Source: Podarcis pityusensis (taxonomy: Eukaryota). Taken from it: DNA of 64,000 nt. Location of the stretch: assembly GCA_964106645.2 (NCBI GenBank), contig OZ067043.1. One strand, given 5' to 3'. Position 1 is the stretch's first letter, and each line of letters opens with the position of its first letter. The position numbers were made by a program, and so were the translations under genes. Positions 12,801-26,800 of the stretch are shown here, piece after piece. The notes under the pieces were generated by a model, which was given only the letters and a program-made list of their open reading frames with translations, did no database searches and was not told where the DNA came from.

Positions 12801-14710
12801 TGGGACACAACAGAGCACCCGCCTTGGTAAGACAAAGCTGGGATGTCTCTTTTCAAAACATTGAACTGATTGAGATGAAACAATTATGTCCTTTGATTCC
12901 TAGAGAAAGTGTTGCGAGAACAATGTAAATTTCATCAGCTGATACATTTACAGTATGTAAGTGGAGACTACCTTCAGTTGTTTGGTCCTCATCAAAAATA
13001 ATAGACTGAAGACAAGCAAGGTCAGGATTCTGCTTAGGATCTATTTCAGCAGGAGCTTTCCTCATGAACATTGGGATCTGGTCAAATTCCTGTCAACAAA
13101 TGCAGGCAGCCCAAGTTACCAAGGATAGAAGAAAAGGGTTCAAAATAGCCACATGTCTTTGGAAATAGAGCCTTTATTCGAGATACTTAACAGAAGAACT
13201 TGCATTTTTTCCCTCCCATACATTGAATTTTGTCCCTGGGTATTTCTAAAGAATTCACTTAATTCATAGTTCTTGGCTTTCTAGGTAAGTAATTTCAGAC
13301 TTAGCATCAGCCCTTGCTAAACCTTCAAACCCACCATTTTCCTGTTACAAAAACACAAAACCAAACCAAAACCAACAGGAATGTAAGATATAGATCCTGT
13401 AATATCCGTCATTGAATTATATTAAATTTCTCTATTCTTTCAAGTCAATTCTTGTTTACCAAGAAAGACACATTGGCGAGGTTAGCACATAATGCTAAAC
13501 CATTGTTTATTAAACTACAGTTTATTAAACTGTATCATCAATAAACTAGTTAATAATAAATTAGTTTAATAAACAGTATAGAAAAATGTGACTAGAGAAT
13601 TCATCATCTTATTCAACATCTAGCCCTCCCTCCAGAATTCTGGCCCTCCCTCCAAATGTTGTTGGATTCCAATGCCCATCAGCCCCAGTCAGCATGGTCA
13701 AGGGACAGCAAAGTCTGCAGAGTCACAAGTTCCCAAATTCAGGTTACAATTAAAAAAAATTTTTTTTTGATACACTGACATGTATTGTGAACTTGCAACC
13801 CAATACGAAAGTTTAAAATGCTACCTACTCTAATGTCACAACACACATCCCACCCCTTGGTTAGAAAGCCAACATCCACTGTACATGTTCTCTAAAACTG
13901 CTCTCTATATCCAGGTGTGGGAGATGACTGATTATTAACACTGGAAGCAAGGCATTCTGCACAAGCTCTAGAGGCACTCTCATCTTTACTGCTGGTTCAT
14001 ATGCCTTGAAGTTGAAAGTAGGCTCCAGAACTGACCTCTGGCTCAAACATAATTTAGTAAAGCTAACCAGCAATGCTTACAACAAATAACCCTGTTAAGA
14101 TCGGTACCATCACCCCTCACCTTGCAGTGGTTAGGAGGAAGACTGGGAACTAGTGGTTTGCAGAAGGCAAGCCAGTGTTTGTTTACTTTATATCTTACCT
14201 TTCATCCAAGGAGCTCAAGACAGCGCGCATGATCCCACCCCCTTCCACATGTGATCCCAGCAACAACAACCACCACCACCCTGCGAGGTCGTTTAGGCTG
14301 AGAGAGGCAGTGACCGGCTCAGAGCCACCCCAGCAAACTTCCCGGGCGAGTGGGAGATTTCGAACCCGGGTCCTATCCCGACATTCAAAACTGCAGACCA
14401 ATTCCCCCCAAAAGCTCACCCTCTGCCTACCTGACAGGGCTGTTGGAGAGGACGGAAGGGGGGGGGACAAGAGGCCGGTGAAAAGAGGATAAAACTAAAA
14501 GGCTGGAGACTCTTCCCCAACTTGGCATCTCCCCAGGAGCCCGTGCAGTCGAGCGCGGCCCTCGGGTCCTCCCTCGTCCCGCCGCCCGGAGAGACGCACC
14601 TGCTCCCAGTTCTCGGGGCTGAGGGCGCCCGCGTAGCGCTCGGGGCCGCGGAACCTGTCCAGGAAGGCATCCCAGCCCGCCTCGTGCTCTTCCTCCTCCT
14701 CCGCCATCAT
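6831..14710 (-). CDS. TTC4: Tetratricopeptide repeat protein 4 (Hsp70/Hsp90 co-chaperone, Cns1 family), 385 aa, 10 exons
   Basis: Exons 14710-14600, 13089-12972, 12315-12160, 11405-11328, 10183-10059, 9956-9870, 9768-9554, 8918-8837, 7956-7874 and 6933-6831 total 1158 nt, in frame, GT-AG. Motifs PMFMRKAPAEIDP..NPDLACLQS, YKNEGNDYFKEKDYKKA, TNRAAAQFYLGNYRSALND, WPVLFLYPE, LYFEDE and TPTFLV match TTC4. Confidence 0.96.
10198..10397. mobile_element. Tc1/mariner (Tigger-like) MITE, CAGTGG(TACCTC) family
   Basis: TA-cagtgg ... gaggtaccactg-TA; interior nearly identical to the copies at 20029 and 37313; left TIR partly deleted. Confidence 0.8.
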
Positions 14711-14960
14711 TTTGCGCTCCCCTTCCAGGCGCAGCCAGGCTGGCTCGCTCCGCCCTTCCGGAGGCGGCGGCTTCCCGCCCCTGCTGAGCCCGAAGCGGGA
14801 GGAGCCCGACGCTGCTTCCCTGGGCCTGCAAGGGGGAACGCGGCGCTGCAGCGGGGCTTTTGCAAGCTCTTTCTATCACCGCCCCGCCCTTGTTTTAAAT
14901 TATTTCGCTTGTGGGGGCGTCAGTTGTCTGGGGTTGTAGGCGGGAAAAGGCGAGCTGAGG
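14540..14960 (-). promoter_or_regulatory. CpG island / promoter and first exon of TTC4
   Basis: High GC and CpG density around the TTC4 ATG (14710), with several GC boxes (ccgccc, gggcgt). Confidence 0.75.
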
Positions 14961-14989
14961 AAAAACCAGTGCCGGATTTACATATAAGC

Positions 14990-15349
14990 GGGTGGCGCTG
15001 TGGGATGCGGTGGCGCTGTGAGTTAAACCACAGAGCCTAGCGCTTGCCGATCAGAAGGTCGGCAGTTCGAATCCCCACGACGGCGTGAGCGCCGGTTGCT
15101 CGGTCCCTGCTCCTGCCAACCTAGCAGTTCGAAAGCACGACAAGTGCAAGTAGATAAATAGGTACCGCTCCAGCGGGAAGGTAAATGGCGTTTCCGTGCG
15201 CTGCTCTGGTTCGCCAGAAGCGGCTTAGTCATGCTGGCCACATGACCTAGAAGCTGTACGCCGGCTCCCTCGGCCAGTAAAGCGAGATGAGCGCCGCAAC
15301 CCCAGAGTTGTCCGCCACTGGGCCTAATGGTCAGGGGTCCCTTTACCTA
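14990..15349 (+). mobile_element. Sauria (Squam1/POM-type) SINE, near full length
   Basis: tRNA-like head ggtggcgctgtg...gttcgaatcc, body gccaacctagcagttcgaaagcac...agataaataggtaccgct and 3' tail cctttacct; the 5' 12-mer is duplicated. Confidence 0.88.
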
Positions 15350-15519
15350 AGACGACTAAACAACAACATTGGTATTTAAAAGGGGCTTGCAGGAGTGTTG
15401 TATACAAGCTAATAAGTGACTAGGGCATGCATGCCTTGATCTTCATAGAAAAGCCTGTCATGATGTAACTATAGCAAGCAAAAGTCCAGGAGGCTGGATT
15501 CTGTAGGGAATTGATGTTC

Positions 15520-15525
15520 TTTATT
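15520..15525 (-). terminator. Putative polyadenylation signal of the MROH gene
   Basis: AATAAA on the minus strand, about 160 nt after the MROH stop codon at 15683. Confidence 0.5.
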
Positions 15526-15682
15526 ATCCAGGTAGCTGGTAAATTATCAATTCCTTTTATGGTCCTTTATAATGTTCTTGCTGAGGTTCAGTATAGGAAG
15601 AGTGATGTTCACAGCCTTTTTGTTGTTGTTGCTGTTAGGAAGAGCTATGCACCAAGATCCTTTCTCCTCTTCCGGTCCAATA

Positions 15683-18600
15683 TTAATTTCCATTGGCCGA
15701 TCTCCAGAGGTTTATAACAGCAAGAAGTCTGGAAGGGGTGTGGCGGATACTATTCAGGGCTCTGGAACTCCTTAGAGCATTTTCAGCAGCAGTGTCACCG
15801 GCCTCCGTCTTGCAGTTGCTTTCAAGCCTCTCCTTCTGATTGGAGAGAACAGAAGAAACGCGCTCATGGGCATGTGCTGCAGCTATGCAGACAGAAGCAT
15901 CTGGGTCATGCATCAAGCCTTCAAGAGCTGAAAATGAAAGGGAAACATTAACACATAAGGGGGCACTGATCCAAATAAATGCTAAACCTTTCACATTAAA
16001 CCTTCAGCTATTTAGTGTCCTTGTGGTTGTTGTGGACATCTTTAAAAATACCTCCACAAATTTTATGATTTGCACATATTTAGTGAATTTGCTTATTTGT
16101 GTCTTTCATTTCAGGGTGGATCAAAGCAGAGAAAACCCCCCGCTATAAGTAAGTCAGAAATTAGATCATTATAACAAAAGGGAAAAAAACCCTATGGAAA
16201 ATCGCATTTTAAAATTTCTTGCTCTCTGGCACCATCTGGTGTTGTGTGTTTGTAGCACATTCAAATCACTGTTTCTTTAGTAATATGCCTGAGTCCTGAG
16301 TTGCACATTATTATTATGGAAGTTATTATTAGGGACCGATATAATAGAGAGATTGGATGTAGAGAGAAAAGGCACAAGTCCTGAAGGGAAAGAGCCTTAC
16401 CTACAACTATTAGCTACCAAAACATTAGCCGTTATTTCTCTGCAACTGTGGAGATCAGAGTTTACATTTTAGGAAGGAAATATGACAGTCCCATAACACT
16501 GCAGAGTTTTCGGCAGACTTAATTTCCTGAATTGCAGCATAATTGTGTCCAAATCATTATGTGAAACCATATCATAGAATCACCCTTTTACAGCCTTTTT
16601 TTCTAAAACTGATACCCTACAAAAACCAAGACGGTAAATTTACATATGTCTAATAGAGATTTGAAAAATACTTAAAGGTGTTTATATATTACCCTAAACA
16701 CACTTTGATTTCTTCCCCTTCCTAAGTATCTAGCAGCTTGTGCAATTTTGAATGCAACTGGGAGAAAAAGCAAAGTTGATTTTTCTGATTATATTGTGTG
16801 ATTTTATGTATCCCATATGAAAGGATGTGTTCTACTTTAAGCACCACTTGTTGAATATTAAAGAAAAAATACATTGCTGCCTCAGAGGGTGGCCTCAAAA
16901 TTTTTTAAGGTGCTTTCCGTATTATAACAGCAAGAATAATTGATGTGAGTTAATTCATAAATTATCGACCAATCAGTCTTTGAACTTTGCTTATATTCTG
17001 TCTTTTTTGTGTCTATACTATCTTTCACGATTCTGGCATTTTAATAAAAATGAAGGAAGAAAGGGGGAAATATACAATCTATACAAGTGTAACAGTGTCT
17101 ACATCTAATTGTCTCTCCTTTGTGTTCACTCTCTTCATTTAGTACCTAAAGACATGACAGCAATAATCTTACAATTTCTCTATTTAACCTACCATGAATG
17201 ATCATTTCCAAGTCTGTAGTTCCTGCCTTGCTGTCCATATGTTGTACTAGAAAACCTAAATGCAACACACAAGGATTTAGTCGTCATTTACTTGGGTCAA
17301 TGCCTGGTAGCAACTCATGTAACTAATTCCACTTGAAAACAAGCCCTTTGTTTCAATGAAATGTCTTAAGAAAGTGGGTTTAAAATTGTTATATACTCAA
17401 GGACAAGGATGCAACTCTGTCCTGGTTGTCAGGGGAAGGGAGGGCTGGGTGTGCGTTCTGAAGCTAGCATTTGCTGAGTAGAAGCTTTCATCCAAACAGA
17501 TGTCCACAAAACAGCTTTATCGGCATCCTTTCAGCATAGCAGTGGCAAACCTTGCTCCTGAGCTGAATGAGGCCGTGCGTTTGAACTGTGACAATGCCTC
17601 TTGCTTGTCTGGATAAAAGTGTGTGTGTGTTTTGTATAGAAATCTCTGGGTTTGATGTTGCAGGAATGTAGCCTACTGTACAAAGGTTAAGAGTCCTATC
17701 CCTTGTTCGATGAACCCACTACTAGAAAGCTGCTTATAAGTGAATTTGGCCCTTGGGTTTAAATAAATTCCCTAAACTTGTTTTAGGGAATTTGCATGAT
17801 TTTAATGAATCCTCTCCACAGTAAAATGAAGATCAAAAGGTCCTGGCAAGAGCTAATGCAAACAGTTGAACTTGTGTTTTTCATTTACCAAGGAACACGA
17901 TGGAAGCCCTTTTTATCGGAAGAAGTTCACTCTGAGTGTAGTAAAGGTCCTGGTACAAGAATCTCTGGAGATTTGCCTCTTGCTTCTGCACCTGGAAACT
18001 CAAGAAATGCATAATTGGCTTCATTAAAAATAAAGATAAAGAGCTGGTGTGAGAGTTAGGAAAGAGCTACATATATAAACATGCAACCATTATTGCCATC
18101 ATCATATCTGATTTTTTAAAAAGTCTGTAGATGGACAAATATCAGCTTGCTATGAAGAATCAAATGAAGAAAGCTGTGCATAGCCTTTCATAGCGATGAG
18201 CAGGAGGAGGGATGTCAGTGCTGCTGCTCAACTCACAGCATGGCTTTTGTTCCTGCAACTGGCTGCACTAACAGAAGAGGAGGAGAGCATCTTTGAAAAT
18301 CACCTCTTACACGGAAGCAACATTTGGATCGAAAGCCATTATGCGAGCTAAATGGCAGTGTTGAATTCCACCCCAGAATTCCAAAATGTCACAGTTAGGG
18401 ATGTCACTCAGCTCATAATCTTTCAAAAAGATTATCACCCCACTTTGCCCTTAATCTAGACATAAAAAACAAATAAACGCAAAAAATTGTGGCTGTTGGT
18501 TGTTTTTTTAATTCCTTCAAGGTCATTACCCTTGCCACAATCAGGCTTGTGTTCTGCCTCTCTTCCTGTCCTTGTCTCTAGACTCCTTTGTACCAGCAAA

Positions 18601-21600
18601 GAACTTTTAGTGAAGCACTGGGAAGGGTTTATATTCAGTGGTAGAGCACATATCTTCCATGCAAAACACCCTGGGGACAACCCCTGTCATCTGCAGATAG
18701 GGCTGGGGAAGACTCTGACAACCTGGAGAACGGATGCTGTTTAATGTAAAGCAATAGTCAGAACTTGTAGACAACATACAAGGTACTGGCAGGTTTCATC
18801 CAGAACTTCTTCATGCTCAGGCCAAGCTTTTCTGCTGACAACCTGCTTTGGTAGTTTCCATCCCAGGAACTGAAATGATTCATTTAAGGCATAACTACAT
18901 TCCTGCAAGATATGGAGATGATATATCATTTTTTTTTACACCATTCAGAAAACAAAACGCCCAACTACTGAATAGTCTTTAGGAAGGACACACCTTCTGG
19001 TATTTGCTCATCAACGGACAGGAAATGTGCATGTTGAGGTTTAGTATATTTACACTCGAGGAAGCATGAAACACTGTATGGGAAATGCATCCGGAAGACA
19101 AAATGTATTGAGGAGTTAGTGACCTGACACAGAGCCCTTCCTGCCTCTGTTCCTTCCCCCTCCCTCGCTCTTGTTAAGTTTTTTGATGGTGTGAGAACAG
19201 TCTTAGATGTCCTGAGAACATTGGGAGGAGGTGAAGCCCACCCCCCACAGCTGCCTCATCAGTTATGAAGGATAATGATGGGTACCTTCTTCGATGTTGG
19301 ACATTCTTTTGAGAAAGTGAGGTATTGGGGGGGGGCTATCTATAAAATTGGACAGTTCAGGCAGAGTTTTTCTGAAGCTCATGCACAGACTGATTGGCCG
19401 CAGAGCCGTGCAAACTGAGGCTACCTGGGGGAGTCGCTTCACTGCTTCTTGAGGGCTTCTAAGTGGCAAACTGAAGTGCTTGCTTGGTATGTACACATTG
19501 CTTGCTGTTTTAGAATAAAATCTTTAATCTTCTCACTCACTTGTGTAGTTTGTATTGCTTCTGAATCTCATTTTGAAAGAACCACCTTGCCTTTGGCAAG
19601 ACAAGCACTCAGATGGGAGGCAGAAAAGGCTAGAAGAGAGAACTTTTTAAATTATCTGGTTGGTGAGAACCATGATGGTTCTCCTGAAAACAGAGAAATG
19701 TTGGCAGAAGCTTGCCTTGTGGATGTCAGGGTCCTCCTCTTCGAGATGCAGAAGTAATGGAACCAAGTTTTCTAGTACCTGATGCCTCATTGCATGCTTG
19801 TTATTTTTCTTAGCCCGTTTCACCATTTTCCCAAAAAGACATATGGCGGAAGCACGGACACTTGCTCTTTCCTGTCTCAAAAACAAAAGAAGGCAGTGAG
19901 ATTGTTTCAGTAGAGAGTGACATGCAAACTGAGCCTGATTAAAAATTTGCAATCCCATTTCTCCATTATTTTTTAAAAATGATAATTTTATTTCATTTCA
20001 TGAAGCACCTCAAAGCGATTTCACAATACAGTGGTACCTCAGGTTACATACGCTTCAGGTTACATACGCTTCATGTTGCAGACTCCGCTAACCCAGAAAT
20101 AGTGCTTCAGGTTAAGAACTTTGCTTCAGGATGAGAACAGAAATCGGGCTCCGGCGGCGCGGCAGCAGCAGGAGGCCCCATTAGCTAAAGTGGTGCTTCA
20201 GGTTAAGAACAGTTTCAGGTTAAGTAAGGACCTCCGGAACGAATTAAGTACTTAACCTGAGGTACCACTGTACGATAAAAACATATGCCAGGTTAGTGCC
20301 AAATGTATTGCTCTGGTTTCCTTTGGACCATATCAGTGAGGCTGAGAAGTGGGGTCTTTGTCATCTGGGCAGCCCAGAACCTCCATACACACTGCCCAGG
20401 TTTGCGTCCCGGGGAGGTCACTTTGGTGCTGCTAATGCAGCGGTTTGACTTCACCCCCGGAGGTGCACTCCATTGTCTCTCGAGACAAACAGATGCCAGC
20501 AACAAGAACAAACGTATCTAAAACAATCACATAAAAGTAATCCAAAAGCATTATATATTAAAAACAGTTAAAACCAATTACATATACTGCATATGTATGT
20601 AATATAATACTACTGGGATAAAAATCTCCACTTAGAAGGCTTGTTGAAGGTGGAAAGTCTCCAACAGATGCTGAAAAGGCCATAAAGATTCCACCTGTCT
20701 GAAATGTAATGGGAGTTCAAAAGGTTAGATACCAGCACACTAAAAGCCAGGTTCCCCTTCATGTGGAATGAGCCTTCTGATAAGATGGAATCTGCAGTAT
20801 GTCTTCTCCTGCTGAGTGCAGTGATTGGTTTGGTATGTTAGGGATGAGATTATTTTTCAGATATCCTTGTCCCAAGCTGTATAGGGCTATATGGAACGGT
20901 TCATACGAGTGAATAGTAGCTGCTTCATGTTGCCCCCCATAGGGGGATTCTGATTTTGGGGTATTGTTAAAGGATGACAAGTTGTCTACCTTATTACTAT
21001 ATTTTTGGCACCACATGAGGATTTTCTGCCTCAGACTTGGGTTATCTCCATTTTTTTACCTTACTGAAGCTGTGCAGCATCTATCTCTGGGCAGGGTTAT
21101 CAGCTGTCAAATTTTTATTTTGCTCCCCTGAGCTCAGTGTCACACCTATGATTCTCCCCTGCTATTTTATTCTTACAGCAACCTTGTGAGGTAGGTTAGG
21201 CCAAGAAAAAGAGCGACAGCCACAAGGACACTGAGTTTCTTTAATGGCACTGCCAGACTAGGGATCTGAACCTGAGAGTCTTTAAGTCCCAAACTCTAGG
21301 CACTGCACCATATTGGTTCTCATTGTCAACGTGACCTCAAGAGAAAACCACTTCTGTGAGAGGGTAGGCCTGCCTCTTGGCTTGTAACAAAACCCAGCTA
21401 GTGTGACACTGCTTTCTTACATCACTGAATAGTTCCTGAAGAGAAAGGCTGATATCGCAAATACAGTCTGCTCCTTCTGGGCCATTAAGAATCTTCTCAA
21501 TTTCAGCAACTGCCTCTACAAACAGCTGCCCATCCATCCCAGCAAGACCTTTTGTCATGGCAGGCAATACAATCTTTACTTCCTCCTGCACAGAAAGGCA

Positions 21601-23811
21601 TAATTTAAGTTAATAAACAGTCAAACCTTGGTTCTTGAACGGCTCTGTTTTTGAACATTTTGGCTCCCGAATGCCGACAACACGGAAGCAAATGCTCTCG
21701 TTTTTTAACATTTTTCGGAACCCGAACATCCGACGCAGCTTCCGTTTTGAGTTTCCTTATTGAATTGAGGCTTCTGCTTTCAGTTTTCGAATGTTTCAGA
21801 AGTCAAATGGTCTTCTGGAATGGATTACGTTCGAAAACTGAAGTTTCATTGTACCAGACCTATGGATAACAAGCTATCTGGATGTTATGTTTAAACATGA
21901 AGCAGTGGACAAGAAACATAATTTTAAGGCAAAGAAAGTGAAATAGCAATGGAGAATTAAGATTTTTTTGTAATATAATGTATGGTACTCACCTTCTCCA
22001 AGTGATAAAGTCTATTAAAAATAAAATCTTATACATGCCTGCTCAGAAGTAAGCCACACTGGCACATCAATATTTCCAATTTTGGGAATATTTTATAAGT
22101 GCATTCAACTGAGAACACTTTAAAAAATCTTCATGCTAAGCATGCAAAATGCTGAAGAGCAGTCCATGTGCCTATAGGTGTTTAGGGCACAATTTGCTTA
22201 TGCCATGTACTGGAGAATTTGTGGCCATAACTCATAGGCTTTGGAGATTACTGCTATTTTTTGGATGGGATTCAATTCAACATACTGGAAAATTCAGGTT
22301 GCTCAATTAAAGTTCATTTTGTGCTCTTGCACAACAAACACACTTCACCCAAAATCAGACTTTTTGTAATAAGGAAAATTATCGGAAAACACGCTGGAAA
22401 GTATGGGCTAATGATTGATTGACACAACAACATAGAACCTCCCCACAAACAAGTCAGAATTAATGATCAGTACAGTAAATAGTTCATGTTGTCTAACTGA
22501 TCCACAAATTTTGTGCAAATTGAGCTGAATGCAGTTAAATCCTCAACAGATATTTCTGAATTTATCAACTAAATCCAGTGAAATCATATGATGGGCCCTG
22601 TTGTTTACCTTTCCTATCCAGTATGCAATGTTAACCAGTCCTTTGATACACAATGCCCGGATGACTGGGTTTTCATTAGCCAGTCCTCGCTTCAGACGAT
22701 ACAAAGAATATTGTTTGGGAAGTCTTCTGGCCTCTGACATACAAAGAAGCTAAAAGACAAAGAAGAGGTCCATGAGAATTTGGTTCACAAGCAACTGCCT
22801 GCTTCAGATGCCAAAAATGTACTAACTTGTTTCTGGCACTTGGTTATCAATCCTACCCAAAACATCGTCCATGTTAAGCAGAAATGGCCTGCATCCATCC
22901 ATTCTTGTGCCTTCCGGGGGATTTATATTGTTTATTCTTTGTGCTGCAGTCAACCACAGCAGGGGTAGGGAATCTCCAGCATGTGGACCAAATTTGGCCA
23001 GCACAGGTCCCAGTTTGTCCCATGAGGCTATTTCCCCTGAGCCATGCCTACTTGCCGCACATCTGATGTCATACTTGACATGACCTGATGCCAAATGTGG
23101 AGGGAAAAATAAGGACCAACCTAGCATTAGAGATCATGCACTTTCTCAAGTATTACTAGTTGAACAGCTTCTGCTTTCAGGTAGGTAGCCGTGTTGGTCT
23201 GACGCAGTAGAAATACAAATAAAAAAATTAAAAAAATGTCCAGTAGCATCTTAGAGACCAACTAAGTTTGTTCTTGGTATCAGCTTTCTGCTTTGAATAA
23301 GTAAAACTGCATTGTTTTAATAGACCAAATATTGTGTACCTAATTTATTCTGCCCACAGCTTCCTACACAAAACGCAACAGGATGAAGCGGCTATTCAGA
23401 TGCATTGCTACAAATATATTCTGTTTGATCCAACTCCACTTACACCACCAGTAACAACTATCTGAGAACATAACCACAGAGTCACAGGTGGGCATGATCA
23501 CTATGTTTGTACAACCATCCTTGGAATCAAGGTCAACAAGCCACTCTGCATTCCCAGAAAGGCTTCCGGTTCCACAGTGCAGAAGTTGCATCTTCCTTAC
23601 TTCGCTGAAGAAAGCCAATCCTGTGATCTGGTGCTCTTCATCACCTCGCTCCAGGAAGGGAACTAGGAGGTACAAGATCCTCAAAAGGTCATAATTGGAG
23701 GTCTGAAGCATGATTCTGGTTAGAAAGACAATGCAGATGCATACCGTTATGGCCAGTGGTTAACTCTACACTTGGGAATTTTTGTAAATGTTTGGGGTGC
23801 TCTAACCAAAT

Positions 23812-23857
<46 letters not shown>

Positions 23858-26800
23858 TTTATTTATATCCCGCCCTCCCCAGCCAAAGCCGGGCTCAGGG
23901 CGGCTAACAACAATTAAATAATCCAACAGTTTACCACTGCGCACCTTGCAATAAGGCCTACTCCCCGATGGTGATCTTCGCAGCTGGTGAGGAGCTCCCA
24001 GCCCCGCTCCTTCTCAATAAGAGTAAACTCACAATAGCACCTCACAGCTAGGAGAAGAGTCTTCAGTGCTGCTACAATATAGCTGAATTTAAAAATAAAA
24101 TAAAATATGAGACACATCAAGAAGCAGGTGTAGTACAGTGGCGACTTCCAGTTGGGAAGTCCCCAGTTCAAATGTTACCTTTGCCACAAATCCACTCACT
24201 AGGTGGCCTTAGCTAAGGCTAGACTTAACCCTCCATCTGCAATATGGGGATAATACTAGTCTGCTTTACAGGGCTGGTGTAGGATTATCGATGAAGCACT
24301 AGAGCACTTTGGAGAAATTCTATACAGTTGTACCTTGGTTCTCGAACGCCTTGTGACTCGAACGTTTTGGCTCCCGAACGTCGCAAACCTGGAAGTGAGT
24401 GTTCCGGTTTGTGAATGTTTTTTGGAAGCCAAATGTCCGACGTGGCTTCTGTGGCTTCTGCTTGAGTGCAGGAAGCTCCTGCAATCCATTGGAAGCCGCG
24501 CCTTGGTTTTCAAATGTTTTCAGAAGTTGAACATACTTCCGGAACTGATTCCGTTCGAGAACCAAGGTATGACTGTACACAATTTAAACACTGTTGCTCA
24601 GCACTAGCTGAAGCTTCTGAATCAGACTCAGGAGCAGCCCCGTATATAGCATACACTGCAGTAATCAAGCATTGAGGTTACTAATAAGGTTACAGTGGTC
24701 AGGTTGTCCCTATCCAGGAATGGCTGCCTAGTCGTACTCCTGAACTGCTTCTGCAGGACATACATTTTGAAAGGACACCACTCCCTCCACTTCCAGGAGA
24801 ATTGGTGGCCTGCAGGCGAAACCCACCATGCCAGGCCTTTTAAACCAGCCCATTACCCTCTCTTCAGCATCTCTGCTTGCCTGGCAACCTTTCCTCTGCC
24901 CACTTCCTGCAAAAGAGCCATGTTTGGGAACTGCCACTTTTATCATTGCAATCACTGGAGAATGCTGGCTCCTCTGATGTGTGTGATGCTGTGTCCACCC
25001 ACCAGTGCCCCATCAAGGGCATTGCCAGAAATTAAAATGGCGGCCTCCAAAACCACCTGCTTTTTTCAAAGGGAAGGGCTGGGACTCAGGGCAAGGCAAA
25101 AGTGGTGGGCCCCTTTTGTGGGGGTGGGTCCTTGCAGCTGCCTGAGGATGCTGATGCCAGGGCTAGATTATGCCCACCAACAATCTGCTCTGTGTGGGTG
25201 AGATTTACTCAAGAGAACATAGCACATGGATGCATGCCGTTACAAAGGAGCACGTTCACATGTTCTTGGGAGTGGGTTTGGCCCCTACCATAACAATTTC
25301 TCTCATATTTACCCCACAGGCTCAAATTCCTCCTGAGAATCTGAGTTCTTTATTACGCTGTGCCTGATGCTATAGTGCACCTGAACAAGCAGCGCCATCA
25401 GCAGCCGGGGGTAGATGTAGAGGGCCACTTCCGAACTTTTGGGCATAGATAACAGCTTCGAGAAAGCGCTGGCAGCCTGAGGGAGAGGGAGAAGGGAGAG
25501 GGAGAGAGAGACTGTGGTAAGATCTTTTCTCTGCAGAGTTCATTTATGTTTCTGGGGGTTGTTAGTCCTGAACCACTTAACCTTCCTGGATTAATTTTAA
25601 ATGTAAACACCTCTTTCCGAGTCAGGTCAACGGTCTATGCAACCTCTGTATAATTAGGTATATATTATTAGGTATATTAACTGCAATTGATTTGAAAGCC
25701 TAGTTAACAAGGATGTGATTTTGGCAAGAATGGGCACCACCTGAAAGAAATGCAACCCTAAGCCTATTTATTCACGAGTAGCAGTCACTGGATTCAACAC
25801 TTTTGCAGTAACATCACTCAGTTCCTTTACAATCTCCCTGCATGGAGAATGCTCCCTGTCGGACACCGCACGGCACATTTGTTTAATGTGACTGCTAGCA
25901 GATCACATGGCCAACAGTTACATGGGTTTACATTTGCTAGGAAGCAGCAGTGAATGTACATGCTAGAAAATACCTGTGCATGCAATCATTATGTGATGTG
26001 ACATGTATAGGCTGCATGCTACTTCCTACAAGGGATTTTGTCACATCCAAAGCAGGTCCTGTGCCAAAGGAGTTTTGGAAGAAGTAATGGAACTTGCTTT
26101 AGGAACAGAAGAAGCTGCCTTCTGCTGAGTGGACCCTTGGTCCATTTAGCTCAGTATAGCATACACTGACTGGCAGCAGCTCTCCAGGCCTTCAGACAGG
26201 GTTCTCTCCCAACCCGACCTGAAGATGCTGGGATTGAACTTGGAACCTTTTGCAGGCAAGGCAGATGATCTACCACTGAGCTATGCCCCTCCTTCCTTCT
26301 CTCTAGGGAGCTCATTTGCAAAAACCATCCAGACAAATTGGTACAGTTCCTTACAGCCAGAGGTGTGATATAGTTTCCCGTGACCTTTGGGCTCAGCTGC
26401 AGCTTTTTCAGCAGTACATTCACAAGGAGAGTTAGGTCATCATTCGAACATGTTTTGGTCAACACATGCCACATCTCAGAAGCATACCTGCAATTTCAGG
26501 GGAGGGAAACAGAAACATTTCAGGTTGTATACCCACAACCATGTCAGTTGCCCCCTCCCAACTGTTCTGAGTGCATAAATCAGAGATGGGGAAGCTGTAG
26601 TCCTCCAGAAGTTGATGGGACTTCAGCTCCCATCTCCCCCCATCCAGCGTAGCCAAGGGACAGGGATGCTGGAAGCTGCTGTCCAGCAACGTTCGGAGGA
26701 CCACAGCTCCCCCATCCTTGGCATAAATAAAGACTTCGAAGAGTCCCCAGAGAGCAACAATGGCTGCAGTGGTGGGATCAAAAGTATACCATGGAAATCA

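Noticed and set aside
14416-15040. Long ORFs on both strands around the TTC4 start
   Set aside because: CpG-island artefacts; only 14710-14600 is coding.
24695-25201. 168-aa plus-strand ORF in an MROH intron
   Set aside because: No recognisable motifs or supporting gene structure; probably repeat-derived.
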